Source: a virus (Duplodnaviria > Caudoviricetes). Taken from it: a DNA stretch of 64,000 bases. The stretch is from the IMG/VR virus record IMGVR_UViG_3300021091_000011, one strand, 5' to 3'. The translations under genes were made by a program, and so were the position numbers. The notes beneath the pieces were generated by a model, which had not been told where the DNA came from, made no database searches, and saw only the letters and a list, made by a program, of their open reading frames with translations. Position 1 is the stretch's first letter. Every line of letters starts with the position of its first letter. Shown here piece by piece: positions 9,794 through 19,712 of the stretch.

Positions 9794-10563
9794 GAAGTCG
9801 CCTTCTCTTTGATGCGGATCAGGGCTTCATTCTTCCAATCGTCATTCAGCCGCTTGGAGATTTTCGCAAAGATCGTCTCGATAAACTCAGGGCGTGCGCC
9901 TGCGTCTTCTAATGCACCGCGAACCGTCTCTAGCGTGAAAGCGAACACCGCCGAAAACGCAGGCGAGTCCAAGTCAACGCCAGAACCACTCGACTTCGAC
10001 CTACGCTTTAGCCAAGCGTCGGCCATCATCTTCATCACCTTGACACGCTGCTCGGTCAAATGATGCGCGGGTTGACCAAGTTGCGTGATGCGGTCACGTT
10101 CGAACTCGATCATTTCGGCTTCCTCGGCGAAGCCCTGCATGAGCACGTCAAACACCGCGTCCGCAGAGGGATTGCGCTTGACCTCGCGCAAGACCGCGTT
10201 ACGGCCATGCCGCTTGCGCCTCGTTTGACGAACCTGCTCGACCTTTTGAACCTCGGGGTCCGATTGCAAATCGTCCGATAGTTCTTCCGACGACCCATTG
10301 AACGAAAGAGCCGTTGCCTGAGCCGTGGCGATTGACGATAAAGCCATCGGCACGGGATTCGGCTGATTGCGAAGGAACTTCGGCGGTGCGCCGATTTGCC
10401 CCTTCATCACAACAGGAAAACCCGTCGGGCCTAGCACGGGTTCATCCGTGTCAAGTAACTCTTCGACCTTACGGTACGAGAGCAAACCGTTCGCGGTTTT
10501 GACTCGAACGCGAGTCGTACCCGCAGGAAGTGAAACGATAAAGGCTTTTACGTCTAGGGGCAT
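9790..10563 (-). CDS. Probable terminase small subunit
   Basis: 257-aa helical protein directly upstream of terL with overlapping stop/start; the call is positional. Confidence 0.45.
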   Translation of the reverse strand: MPLDVKAFIVSLPAGTTRVRVKTANGLLSYRKVEELLDTDEPVLGPTGFPVVMKGQIGAPPKFLRNQPNPVPMALSSIATAQATALSFNGSSEELSDDLQSDPEVQKVEQVRQTRRKRHGRNAVLREVKRNPSADAVFDVLMQGFAEEAEMIEFERDRITQLGQPAHHLTEQRVKVMKMMADAWLKRRSKSSGSGVDLDSPAFSAVFAFTLETVRGALEDAGARPEFIETIFAKISKRLNDDWKNEALIRIKEKATS

Positions 10564-10584
10564 ATTCGCATGATACCCCTAAAA

Positions 10585-11160
10585 TCAAGCGATTACAGGA
10601 GGCCCGATCTTCGGCTCCGCGCCCGCCATACGCTGATCCGCAGGGCTAAACGTAAAGTTGTTCGGCGAAGAACCCGTAGCCGAGAACAAGACCGCGTTGC
10701 CAAGTACGCCAACCAAGCCCGTGACGGTAATCGCAGCACCCACGGCGACCGCAGAATACTCGGGCAGCGCGTCAATCGCAGCAGCGAGATTCGCAGCCGT
10801 ATTGTTCACGGCTGCGCCGATGGCGAAGTCCTCGCCGGACGTCAGTTCGTACTGACCGATGAGAACGGTAGTAGGGCCACCAAAGGCGTTGCTCGCTACC
10901 GTAATCGTGCCCGACGCATTCACAGGTACAGGTGAAACCGTGTATTCGACGTGACCCCAACGAGTCGCAGTACCCGGCGTGTCAAGCGACTGAGGCGTGA
11001 TTTGAGGCCCACGTCCGCTCAACTCGGGGAAGTGCTGGAACGTGAAAGTCTTGCGAATCTTGACCGGATTGCCAGCAGCACCACGCGACGGATTGCTACC
11101 GCCAGCGAGGTTCGCCACGAGCATCGTGAAAGGCGGTTGTGCAGAAATCAAACGTCGCAT
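10585..11160 (-). CDS. Structural protein with Ala/Gly-rich sheath-like insertion domain
   Basis: ASGTITV...TAANLAAAID..P..SA...GA.ITV resembles the internal domain of 3707-5257. Confidence 0.6.
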   Translation of the reverse strand: MRRLISAQPPFTMLVANLAGGSNPSRGAAGNPVKIRKTFTFQHFPELSGRGPQITPQSLDTPGTATRWGHVEYTVSPVPVNASGTITVASNAFGGPTTVLIGQYELTSGEDFAIGAAVNNTAANLAAAIDALPEYSAVAVGAAITVTGLVGVLGNAVLFSATGSSPNNFTFSPADQRMAGAEPKIGPPVIA

Positions 11161-11178
11161 GGTGTGTCGCCCCTTGGC

Positions 11179-12171
11179 TTACTTAAGATTCTTTTTTTTC
11201 CAATTTTCGACGCCATCATTAAACTCGTGATACTTCGGGATGACTTTTTTGAGGTTCTTTTTCAGATTTCCTGTTAACTTTTCCAGATCCCTTACCGTAT
11301 CATTGTATTTTTCCGCAACCCCCTTGTCAAATTGCCCTACCCGATCTTGTGGATATTTTTTTGTTTGTTCTTTTATCACTTCCTTCATTTCCTCGATGTC
11401 GTTGTCTAAACCTTTGAGAAAACTGTCAAGATTTTTGGGGTCTTTGAACAACTCTTTGAGTTTATCGTCAATACCAACAAAGTTAGGGGCGATATCCTTT
11501 ATGGCATCCTTGTCAAACATCCTACTAAAGATACCATCTGTACCTAATAACTCTTCTTTAGTATAATTGTAGTCGTCAGTAGAACTAGACGACGCCCAAT
11601 CATCCGTGTTTTCTTCATCAATATCATCGAAGTTATACATAAAATCACCGACTTCTCTTCGTGTTATACGATTTAGATCGTCAATAATATTGTCGATCTG
11701 GTTCCCGTTCAGTTTATCGAATTTGCCTTTGCTACCGCTTTCTTCCTTCTCACCCTTTTCCTCAGTCTTCTTACCTTCAGACTTATCCTTGTTCTTCTTC
11801 TCTTCAGTCCACTTCTTGAAGCCGTCCATCACCTGCTTGTAGGTAGAGGACTTCTTATCCTTCATCGCCGTAGACACGGCGACTTCAGGATAGGTCTTTC
11901 GAGAATCAGGATTCGGGTTCGAGACTTTCTTCTTACCGCCGTCCCAAACTTCCTTCATGTATTCAATGAAGTCCTTGCCCGGACCTTTGCCCTTGGGCTT
12001 GGCTTCGCCCTCGCCTTCTTCAGCGAGGCGGGACAAGCCCGCGAGAATCGCGCGGCGAGTGACGTTGCCCTTCGGCATCGTCGATGCCAAGCGGATCAAC
12101 GTAGAACGGTCATGGGAAGCAAGTTTACGCATGAGGGACAAACCTTTTGGTTTCGGAGATTTCAACAGCAC
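11179..12171 (-). CDS. Leader-bearing putative internal head protein (Lys/Asp-rich)
   Basis: Carries the shared 33-aa leader (start may be the ATG at 12132), a roughly 55-aa domain shared with 12223-12882, and an AT-rich variable tail. Confidence 0.75.
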   Translation of the reverse strand: MLLKSPKPKGLSLMRKLASHDRSTLIRLASTMPKGNVTRRAILAGLSRLAEEGEGEAKPKGKGPGKDFIEYMKEVWDGGKKKVSNPNPDSRKTYPEVAVSTAMKDKKSSTYKQVMDGFKKWTEEKKNKDKSEGKKTEEKGEKEESGSKGKFDKLNGNQIDNIIDDLNRITRREVGDFMYNFDDIDEENTDDWASSSSTDDYNYTKEELLGTDGIFSRMFDKDAIKDIAPNFVGIDDKLKELFKDPKNLDSFLKGLDNDIEEMKEVIKEQTKKYPQDRVGQFDKGVAEKYNDTVRDLEKLTGNLKKNLKKVIPKYHEFNDGVENWKKKNLK

Positions 12172-12186
12172 TAACCATCGTCCATG

Positions 12187-12201
12187 CGATAGCCGTGTTA
12201 G
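12187..12201 (-). promoter_or_regulatory. Putative late promoter
   Basis: Minus strand CTAACACGGCTATCG, intergenic. Confidence 0.4.
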
Positions 12202-12222
12202 CGGTACTCAGATGATCTCGGT

Positions 12223-12882
12223 TTAGAATTTGGTACGCCAATCAGGTTCCGGTTCCGGTTCCGGTCTTCTATCGGAATACTCATCAATCACCCTGCCGAG
12301 TGTGAGTCTTACCCTTTTTCTAAGCGACTCCCTTTGGGAATAATTGTTTTTTTTACGAGATACATCATCCATTAGTTCTTTTAAGTCGCTCTCAACGGCA
12401 TCTACATACGCTATTAGCGCACCACGATCTTTCTTATTATTTTGTAACTTGATGTAGTTCTTTTGCATATTTTTAAGCGCGCTGTATTTATTCTTAGGAT
12501 TAGGGTTCTCCGAGATAAAACTCTTCAAATCCTTATCGACTAAAGCTATTGCTTTAGATGCAGTATCTTTTTTCAGCTCCTTATTTACACCCTTCCTCTC
12601 TTCGTTCCACTTCTTGAAACCGTCCATCACCTGCTTGTAGGTAGAGGACTTCTTATCTTTCATCGCCGTAGACACGGATACTTCAGGGTACTTGTCTCTG
12701 GTCTTAGAATTCGGGTTCGAGACTTTCTTCTTACCGCCGTCCCAAACTTCATCGAAGTAGTCTTTGAATACGTCAGTTTGAGTCAAGCCCGCAAGAATCG
12801 CGCGGCGGGTTTCATCACCCACAGGCATCGTCGAGGCCAAGCGGATCAACGCCGAACGGTCACTAGAAGCAAGTTTACGCAT
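12223..12882 (-). CDS. Leader-bearing putative internal head protein, paralog of 11179-12171
   Basis: MRKLASSDRSALIRLASTMPVGDETRRAILAGL leader plus the EVWDGGKKKVSNPN...YKQVMDGFKKW domain. Confidence 0.8.
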   Translation of the reverse strand: MRKLASSDRSALIRLASTMPVGDETRRAILAGLTQTDVFKDYFDEVWDGGKKKVSNPNSKTRDKYPEVSVSTAMKDKKSSTYKQVMDGFKKWNEERKGVNKELKKDTASKAIALVDKDLKSFISENPNPKNKYSALKNMQKNYIKLQNNKKDRGALIAYVDAVESDLKELMDDVSRKKNNYSQRESLRKRVRLTLGRVIDEYSDRRPEPEPEPDWRTKF

Positions 12883-12919
12883 GGGGCTTGTCCCTATTCA
12901 GGTTACAGCAAAGGATAAC

Positions 12920-12934
12920 GTATAGTGGGATTAA
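12920..12934 (-). promoter_or_regulatory. Putative late promoter
   Basis: Minus strand TTAATCCCACTATAC, intergenic. Confidence 0.6.
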
Positions 12935-12936
12935 CA

Positions 12937-14121
12937 TTAGGTCAAGTACGCCAGAACTTCATACTTGTCATTATCTAAGCGCGAGTATTGCAAGTGCAGC
13001 ATCGTGTTGCGAATCTGCACGGGCGAGAATGAATTAGCCGGATTCGTGAAGGCGAGTTCGACATTGAGCGAACCGCTTTCACGGCTGAACAAATGCGAAC
13101 TCACGACCTCACCGAGTTCAATCCCAAAGTCGGCTAGAAGATCAAGCGCCAGCGTGTACCCGCGAGTAGGCTTCTCGAAACGGCCATTGCCGTCCAAGCC
13201 CTTGCGCTGCATCACGTCATTGGCAAACTGAATCGTCTTGCGGTCTACAACGCCGTTTTCAAGTCCGGCCTTGCGAGCGAGAACACGACTAGCAGATGCG
13301 AGCATAGATCGAACTTCCTCACCACCTAATGAACGAAGCATCTTGGCGAATTCGCCTTGAGCGCCAGGTTCACGCTCCCAACTGACGTACCATTTGTCGC
13401 CGTACCGCTTAAAGTAATAGCGGTTGAATGAAAACCCTTCGCTCGAAGGATTTATCATGCTCTTGAACTTCTGCGTAAACTTCTGAACAAGCGCCGAATT
13501 CAGCACGGCATTAGAAGTAGTCTTAAACTGATACTTGGGGGATTCTTCGATTTCAGGCTTTTTGCGGAAAAAGTCTAAGAAGCCCGCTTGTTTGGAAGCA
13601 CGAACCTGACGACCTTCCACCGTAATCTCTCGCTCGACCGCACAAGCAGGGCGACGAACGATCAGGCTATCGCTGACTTTTTCGCCCCACTTCGCGCAAA
13701 ACTCGTCCTCGTGCAAAATCCGAAACGTCTTGTCTGGATTCGGGATGTTCGAATCCATGACGTGAACGTAACGACCGTCCGGCCCATCAGTCACGTCGGC
13801 GACGACTGAAGCGTGCGACCACGGACGACCCTCGGGATTCCAAGCGATAATCACGGGCGTTCCGGCGTCGGTCCATTGCTTGAGCATGGTGACCGTGGCG
13901 GGAACGACTAAACTGCCACGAAGTCCGAAGTATTGCAGCGTGGCGAGAATAGACTCCCACGACGCACCGGACATTGGACTCGCGCCCAAAATCTTATTCA
14001 CGTCGGCTTCGGTTTGGTCTTTACCGTGAGCCTGTAAGCAAGCCGCGATAGAGGTCGCACAACAAGTGAACTGCGTCTCTTGTCGCAAACCAGGAACAGC
14101 GGCTCGGGCTTTACGGTTCAT
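12937..14121 (-). CDS. C39-like cysteine peptidase with two additional C-terminal domains
   Basis: QETQFTCCATS (Q...C), WSHASVV (His) and VMDSN (Asp) form a papain-like C39 catalytic set. ATG at 14121 chosen because the longer upstream start runs into the terminator. Confidence 0.75.
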   Translation of the reverse strand: MNRKARAAVPGLRQETQFTCCATSIAACLQAHGKDQTEADVNKILGASPMSGASWESILATLQYFGLRGSLVVPATVTMLKQWTDAGTPVIIAWNPEGRPWSHASVVADVTDGPDGRYVHVMDSNIPNPDKTFRILHEDEFCAKWGEKVSDSLIVRRPACAVEREITVEGRQVRASKQAGFLDFFRKKPEIEESPKYQFKTTSNAVLNSALVQKFTQKFKSMINPSSEGFSFNRYYFKRYGDKWYVSWEREPGAQGEFAKMLRSLGGEEVRSMLASASRVLARKAGLENGVVDRKTIQFANDVMQRKGLDGNGRFEKPTRGYTLALDLLADFGIELGEVVSSHLFSRESGSLNVELAFTNPANSFSPVQIRNTMLHLQYSRLDNDKYEVLAYLT

Positions 14122-14162
14122 TAGACCACCGAAGAAGTGCTGCAAACAAACAGGTATAGCCG

Positions 14163-14204
14163 AAAAAACGAAAGGCCCCGCACACAATTTGTGTACGGGG
14201 CCTT
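14163..14204 (-). terminator. Rho-independent terminator after the tail sheath gene
   Basis: Minus strand AAGGCCCCGTACAC-AAATT-GTGTGCGGGGCCTT hairpin followed by TCGTTTTTT. Confidence 0.8.
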
Positions 14205-14225
14205 GGGCTAAATCAACCTGCGGGA

Positions 14226-17200
14226 TTAGATCGAAGAGCGCAGGTTGAAAGTGACGACGACGTAAAGTAACGGAAAGACCGGAGCGATTGCCGCCGTGAC
14301 TTCGCAGACCGTGGGGTCATCGGGGCTGACCCGCGCCGAAACGCCCGTGAAGCCCGTGATAATCTGCGCCGCCACCAAGTCCTTGAGCGTGGAAGAAAGT
14401 TGGCCCTCGATTTGGCTCGTGATGCCAGGCAAGAACTTCACGCCGACGAAACGATCCAGCGTCGCGCGAGCCTGCTTTTGAACCTCGTCGGCAATCTGAA
14501 TCACCGTCGGCGTCTTGGTCAGGATGTTGCTCATATCCGTCGTGAAGCCTTGACGGATGCGGATCACCGAGTTGAGGTTCTCAATGACCGTCACGCCCTT
14601 GACCGCGACCTGATTCTGCTCCACCGCGTCGAGCGGGCGGGCCAAACGGTCAAAGCCAAAGATGCGCGTGTTGGTCCAAGGCGTCGCAACGTCCACCGTC
14701 GAGGCCACGCGAGTACCCGCCGTAGCAGCGGCCAAGAACGTACCGTCCACCAAGTAGGAGTCGGTCGTCGCATCGGCGCGAGAAACCGTCAACGTAGCGA
14801 TGTCGGGGTAGACCATACGCATACGGGTACGGGCGATACTCGATGCGATGTTGCCTGCGTCACGCGGCTGCGTACCCGCCGAGAAACCGCAAATCGCCGT
14901 GCGCTCCGCACGGTAACGGATGCTCGACTGAATGTCGCAATGCTTGGCAAGATACGAGAACAGCGTCGCGTCGTCACCCTTGAGCGGGACCAAAATATCA
15001 GGGTACACGCCGCCCGGAAGCGCACCTTCGCAATCGTCAATCGCCGCGATATACGCCGCCGTGGACGAAGAATCGTTCGTCCCGTCCGCGTTGCTGTCTT
15101 GGTCTTTCGGAACCTGCTTGACCGCGACCAACACCGCACCGTTCAAGAGCGTCAAATAGGACGCCAGCGAAACAGGGTTCGTCGGGCTGTTCGGGCCGTA
15201 GGCGGCTTCAATCGCCGAAAGCCGCGTATACAACTGCGCCGAGAAGTCCTGCTTGCGGAAGTTGTAGGTGACGTAGTAAACGTCGCCCACCGCAGGCTGC
15301 GCGCCGCTACGATTGTGCGTCGTGACCAACGCCGTGTCGCCCACCGCCACACCCGTCGTGTTCGCCACGATGAGTTGAATGCCCGGCACGGCGTAGTTCG
15401 GCAGGTTCGAGTCACACGTCGCATTGACGCGGACCTTGAACGTGAAGCTCTGGCCCGCAGGATAATCCGCGCCGCCCGCACGAGCCAAAACCGTGAAAGT
15501 CAGGCCCGTCACGAGGTCGCGGTAGGTCTGACCAACCTGACCGTCTTGACCGTCGCCGGAGTTGAGCAGCGAGTTATTGACCGAGCCGGAACCGTTGGCC
15601 GGATCGCTCGACGTGACGAAGAAGCCGTCGATAGCCGCTTCGCCCACGTTGCCGTCACCGACGACCACGCCAAGGCCCACGCCCGGACGCAACGCCGTGC
15701 AAGACTCAAAGGCAAGGCTGGAAGCCGTGCCCAACGTGAGGCTTTGCAGATAGAGGTAATCCGCGCCCGCCTGATCGCTCACGGTCTTGGCAATCGCCAA
15801 CTCCGTGAAGTAACCCGCGTCAGGACTTGCGAAAGTCAGCAGGTAGAGGTCAACAGTCGCGTTCGCGTTCGCCATGAGGCCGGAAACAAGAACCTGCGGC
15901 GTGAGGACCGTCCGGCTGAAAGCCGCGTTCGTCGTGAAGCCGAGCGTGCTGTTCGCGTTGCCGTCGCCAATGACGATTTGCGCCGAGACTTCCGAAGAAC
16001 CGGAACGGAAGCGGATACCCGCGCCTTCCTGTCGAACGGAACCCGTGCCCGTGATCGCATCGTCAATCTGCCAAAGAACCGAATTGACAAGACTGATGGG
16101 GCCGAACGGAACGTCCGCAGAGCCGCCGACCGGAATCGCCACACCCGCCGCATCCGTGAAGACCACGGTGTACGGCTGGCCGTCCATCGTGAACTTGAAC
16201 ACGTTGTTCTGGTCGTTGACGCCGCCCGCCGCGTAGAACGTCAATTCGGGCTGGCTATTCGCCGCCTGAGAAGCGTAACTCACGCGGCCAAAAGCCGTCG
16301 CCTCCAAGATCGTAGCGCGAAGGCCCGCGTAGCCGCGCTCTTGGGGAACCAAGCCCGCCTGATTCGCGCCCGTGCCGCCGACAATCTGCAACTCACATTG
16401 ATCGAGTTGGGACTTGCCGTCGATGGAGCCGGAACCCGGAACAATGCGGTTACGCAGCACGATCCGGTCATAAAGCAGCGGGGCAACGCCGATGGAAACC
16501 GCACGAGCGATTTCGCCTTGGAACAACTTGGTCTGATTTCCAAGAGCCGCCGCAGCCGTGCTCAAGCCTGCGGTGATGCAGAAATCACGGGCAGCGGCGG
16601 TCGTGATGAACTCCAAGAAGCCATTGCCATCGGTGCCGTCCAGCGTAAGAGCGAACTCCAACTGACTCGACGTATTCGCCGTGACCGCAACGCTGAAGGT
16701 GCCAACGCCAATCGCCGCAACAAGCGCCGCATTTACAGCAGCGGCCAAAGCGGACGCCGTGTTGTAAGTGCCCACAGCAATCGTCGCCGTCAGATTGCCG
16801 GAAGCGCCGGATACGTCGCCCGTGTAGTGAACGGTGATTTGGTCGTACTCGTTGACCGAAACCGTCAGCGGGCTAGAGAACCGCGTGACCGCCTTCAGCA
16901 CGGGAGGCTCAAGCAACGCAGCCGAGTTGATCGCCGTGACGTAATTGGCAACCGTAGCGGCGGCATTAGCGGCAGCCGAAGCCTGAATCAAAACGCCGTC
17001 AACCAGCAAGTCAATCGCGTCGTTCGTCGCGTCAATCTCAAACGTCGCGCCGCCCGTCGCCGGATCGTAGGAAATCTCATTGCCCACGATCTGAGCGAAG
17101 AAGCCGCAGCCCGCTCCGGTCGGGTCGCTCAAATTGACCGAAACCGTGCCGCCGTCAACCGCGACATCGAACACGTCAGAATCAGTCGTGACGGGGTAGT

Positions 17201-19097
17201 AAGGGCCGTGCGAGGGGACTGTGTATTTCGCCGGAGTCGCCGCACGCTGCGCGAACTCGACGGTCACATCCTCGGCAACCGGACCTTCAAAATCAGTCGC
17301 CGTGTAGGGAGTCTCGAAGCGAACGTCAGGCAAACGCTCGCTGCCAGAGGGGAACTGAATCTGCACGGTCGCCAAGCCCGCAGACTTGGAACCGAAGGAC
17401 GGAATCAAAACCTGCGCGCCGTCCTGATTCGTGATCGAATAGGTGCCGACGCCGGACGGACCCGCCGTTTGCGCCGTGACGGTGTATTCGACGTCCTGAA
17501 TCGTGTTGTAATAGAACGTCGCGTAAACCGTCGCGCCGACAGGTACAGGCTCGGACAGCGTAATCGTCGCCGTGTCCGATTCGACCTTAGTGACCGTCAC
17601 ACGGCCACGCTCAATCGCGTCCTGAAGCGAAAAGCCCCAATACGCGAAAACGAGGTCCGGACGATTCGTGGGCAAATCGACGCGGCCATTAGCGACCTGA
17701 TTGAACGTCGTCGAACCGAGCGGGCTGTTACGACCGTTGCCCGTCGTAGGAGTCAGCGGCAGTACGAACTGAACGCGATCCTCAACCGCAGGATTTACGC
17801 TCGTATTGACGAAAGCCTCGCAAGGGGCCAGATACTCACGAACGTCAACCAACGTCGGGAGAACCTGCGACTCGCCGAAAAGCGCGCCGCCAGCCGTGTG
17901 CTCTTCGGAAGCAACGGTGACCGCCGTGCCCCACAGGATTTGGTCATCCTGAAGCACGAAGTCCACGTTCTCAACGTAATCATCACGATCCGGCGTAATG
18001 CCACAAAGCGTAACTTCGGTCACGCCGCGATTGGCGAGATAGTCGAACGTATCCTGCCAAGAGTTGAAGTGGTATTGAACCGTGACCGTTGCGCCGCTTT
18101 GGGGAGCAAATGGGAGGGTTACGGCACCGGACTGACCATCAACGGCGGTCGGGATGACCTGCGTGCCATTGACCTTCACCGTCACGTCAGCCGGATCGGT
18201 CGTGGTGATACCGCCATTCGAGCCGTCCACGATGGGACGCTGGAAGACGTAGAACACCTTGTTTCGCGCCGTGTACGCACCCGTCGTGAAACCGAGCGTG
18301 GCGTTCAGCGAACCGTTGCCGATCAAGACGTTGCGGTCAGCGGTGAGTTTGAGGACCGTCACGCCGAAGTTGTTGATCGCCGTGCTCGCCACAAGGCTCG
18401 TGCCCGTCGCCGCGCCATTGACGAACGCCGCGATTTGAGCCGCCGTCCAACCACCGACCGGAGAAGCCGCGACCGTAACAGTCAACGCCGTGGCATCGTC
18501 CACGGTGAGGACGAGTTCATCGTTAGAACCCGTTACCACGTCGTAGTTTTGACCGACCGCGCCGTAAAGCACGCCAGCGTCAGGCGTGACCTGATCGCTT
18601 ACGGTGTCCGTAATCAGCGTGTCCGTGCGATTGAAATAATACGTCACCCGCACGTCGTCCGTCGCCGTAGGCTTCACGCTCAGGCGAAGGATGCCGCGCG
18701 CACCGTCGAGGTTGAGCACGACAACGGGAATGCCGTTGACGGTGACGGCGACAGAAGCCGTATCGGTCGCCGTCGTGCCCGAGCCGTTGCCGGAGACGAT
18801 GGGATAGTTGCGGACCTGAACGCGGTCTAAAGTGCCGTCGAAAGCACCGAGCGTGATTTGTCCCGCAGGGCTGATATTTACAACAGCGCGACCCGACTCG
18901 TCCTCCTGCACAACACGCTGGTCAACCGACGCGGAAGAACCGCGCACGATTTCCAATGAGGATTGCGTGAGGATTTCAGAGCCAGGACCGATGATCAGCG
19001 GCAGGCGTGCAGCAGCACCCGCGCCCTGATTCGGCGGCTGAAGATTGGTCTGCGTGTAAACGCCCGGAGGCGCGTAGATACCGTTAGGGAAAGCCAT
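14226..19097 (-). CDS. Tail sheath protein (very large, multiple insertion domains)
   Basis: C-terminal sheath core: RAERTAICG, RMRMVYPD, GTFLAAATAG, QNQVAVKGVTVIE, IRIRQGFTT, IADEV...ARATLDRFVG. N-terminus begins YAPPGVYTQT. Confidence 0.9.
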   Translation of the reverse strand: MAFPNGIYAPPGVYTQTNLQPPNQGAGAAARLPLIIGPGSEILTQSSLEIVRGSSASVDQRVVQEDESGRAVVNISPAGQITLGAFDGTLDRVQVRNYPIVSGNGSGTTATDTASVAVTVNGIPVVVLNLDGARGILRLSVKPTATDDVRVTYYFNRTDTLITDTVSDQVTPDAGVLYGAVGQNYDVVTGSNDELVLTVDDATALTVTVAASPVGGWTAAQIAAFVNGAATGTSLVASTAINNFGVTVLKLTADRNVLIGNGSLNATLGFTTGAYTARNKVFYVFQRPIVDGSNGGITTTDPADVTVKVNGTQVIPTAVDGQSGAVTLPFAPQSGATVTVQYHFNSWQDTFDYLANRGVTEVTLCGITPDRDDYVENVDFVLQDDQILWGTAVTVASEEHTAGGALFGESQVLPTLVDVREYLAPCEAFVNTSVNPAVEDRVQFVLPLTPTTGNGRNSPLGSTTFNQVANGRVDLPTNRPDLVFAYWGFSLQDAIERGRVTVTKVESDTATITLSEPVPVGATVYATFYYNTIQDVEYTVTAQTAGPSGVGTYSITNQDGAQVLIPSFGSKSAGLATVQIQFPSGSERLPDVRFETPYTATDFEGPVAEDVTVEFAQRAATPAKYTVPSHGPYYPVTTDSDVFDVAVDGGTVSVNLSDPTGAGCGFFAQIVGNEISYDPATGGATFEIDATNDAIDLLVDGVLIQASAAANAAATVANYVTAINSAALLEPPVLKAVTRFSSPLTVSVNEYDQITVHYTGDVSGASGNLTATIAVGTYNTASALAAAVNAALVAAIGVGTFSVAVTANTSSQLEFALTLDGTDGNGFLEFITTAAARDFCITAGLSTAAAALGNQTKLFQGEIARAVSIGVAPLLYDRIVLRNRIVPGSGSIDGKSQLDQCELQIVGGTGANQAGLVPQERGYAGLRATILEATAFGRVSYASQAANSQPELTFYAAGGVNDQNNVFKFTMDGQPYTVVFTDAAGVAIPVGGSADVPFGPISLVNSVLWQIDDAITGTGSVRQEGAGIRFRSGSSEVSAQIVIGDGNANSTLGFTTNAAFSRTVLTPQVLVSGLMANANATVDLYLLTFASPDAGYFTELAIAKTVSDQAGADYLYLQSLTLGTASSLAFESCTALRPGVGLGVVVGDGNVGEAAIDGFFVTSSDPANGSGSVNNSLLNSGDGQDGQVGQTYRDLVTGLTFTVLARAGGADYPAGQSFTFKVRVNATCDSNLPNYAVPGIQLIVANTTGVAVGDTALVTTHNRSGAQPAVGDVYYVTYNFRKQDFSAQLYTRLSAIEAAYGPNSPTNPVSLASYLTLLNGAVLVAVKQVPKDQDSNADGTNDSSSTAAYIAAIDDCEGALPGGVYPDILVPLKGDDATLFSYLAKHCDIQSSIRYRAERTAICGFSAGTQPRDAGNIASSIARTRMRMVYPDIATLTVSRADATTDSYLVDGTFLAAATAGTRVASTVDVATPWTNTRIFGFDRLARPLDAVEQNQVAVKGVTVIENLNSVIRIRQGFTTDMSNILTKTPTVIQIADEVQKQARATLDRFVGVKFLPGITSQIEGQLSSTLKDLVAAQIITGFTGVSARVSPDDPTVCEVTAAIAPVFPLLYVVVTFNLRSSI

Positions 19098-19166
19098 TCG
19101 GGGACTCCATCACGTTCGAGTGCAAGCAGGTGATTTGTCGCCGCACCGGGCGTCAATCAAATCCGC

Positions 19167-19181
19167 GTATAATAAGGCTAA
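19167..19181. promoter_or_regulatory. Overlapping divergent promoters (late-type leftward, TATAAT rightward)
   Basis: The minus strand reads TTAGCCTTATTATAC toward the sheath gene; the same bases on the plus strand give GCG-TATAAT before the zinc-ribbon gene. Confidence 0.5.
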
Positions 19182-19200
19182 CGTGATGAAGGAGGCCCGA

Positions 19201-19656
19201 GTGCCCATTTACGAATTCATCTGCAAATCCTGTGGCTTGAAGTTTGAGCGGACGATGCCAATCTCTAAGTCCGGCGAAAAAGCCAAATGCGAGTGCGGCA
19301 CCGAAGCCGAGAGGTTACTTTCGACGTTCGGATTCGCGTTTGCCCACAAACCTGTGAACGGACCTGTGCCGCAAAATACAGGCGTGCATAGCGTCGATTA
19401 CAATTACGACAAAGTGATCGGGCGCGATGCCGAGCAAAAGTGGAAGGTGATTGAGCAGCGCGACAAGGCCAAAGACGAGGCCATTCGTGACGCTCGACGC
19501 GAAGGCAAGAACGTCACGTCGCGCGATCAGTTAGTCGGAACGGCTGAAGGCGGCTACCGCCCGATTACTGAACCGGAACGAGTAGCCGCCAATCAGAATC
19601 GGGCCGTCGCCAACGAGGTTAACAAGGCGTTGTCCACGAAAGGCAAGAAGCCTTAA
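19201..19656 (+). CDS. FmdB-family zinc-ribbon protein
   Basis: GTG start after AAGGAGG; PIYEFICKSCG...CECG..AERLLS is the FmdB-type signature. Confidence 0.8.
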   Translation: MPIYEFICKSCGLKFERTMPISKSGEKAKCECGTEAERLLSTFGFAFAHKPVNGPVPQNTGVHSVDYNYDKVIGRDAEQKWKVIEQRDKAKDEAIRDARREGKNVTSRDQLVGTAEGGYRPITEPERVAANQNRAVANEVNKALSTKGKKP

Positions 19657-19712
19657 GCGGCCTTTGCCGCCTTCGCCGCCTTATCGACGGGGTGTAATCG
19701 ACGCCTAATGCC

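Noticed and set aside
14400-18830. 1476-aa plus-strand ORF antisense to the tail sheath
   Set aside because: It is in register with the sheath codons, Arg-rich, has no motifs and no RBS. It is explained by the sense gene avoiding TTA/CTA/TCA codons.
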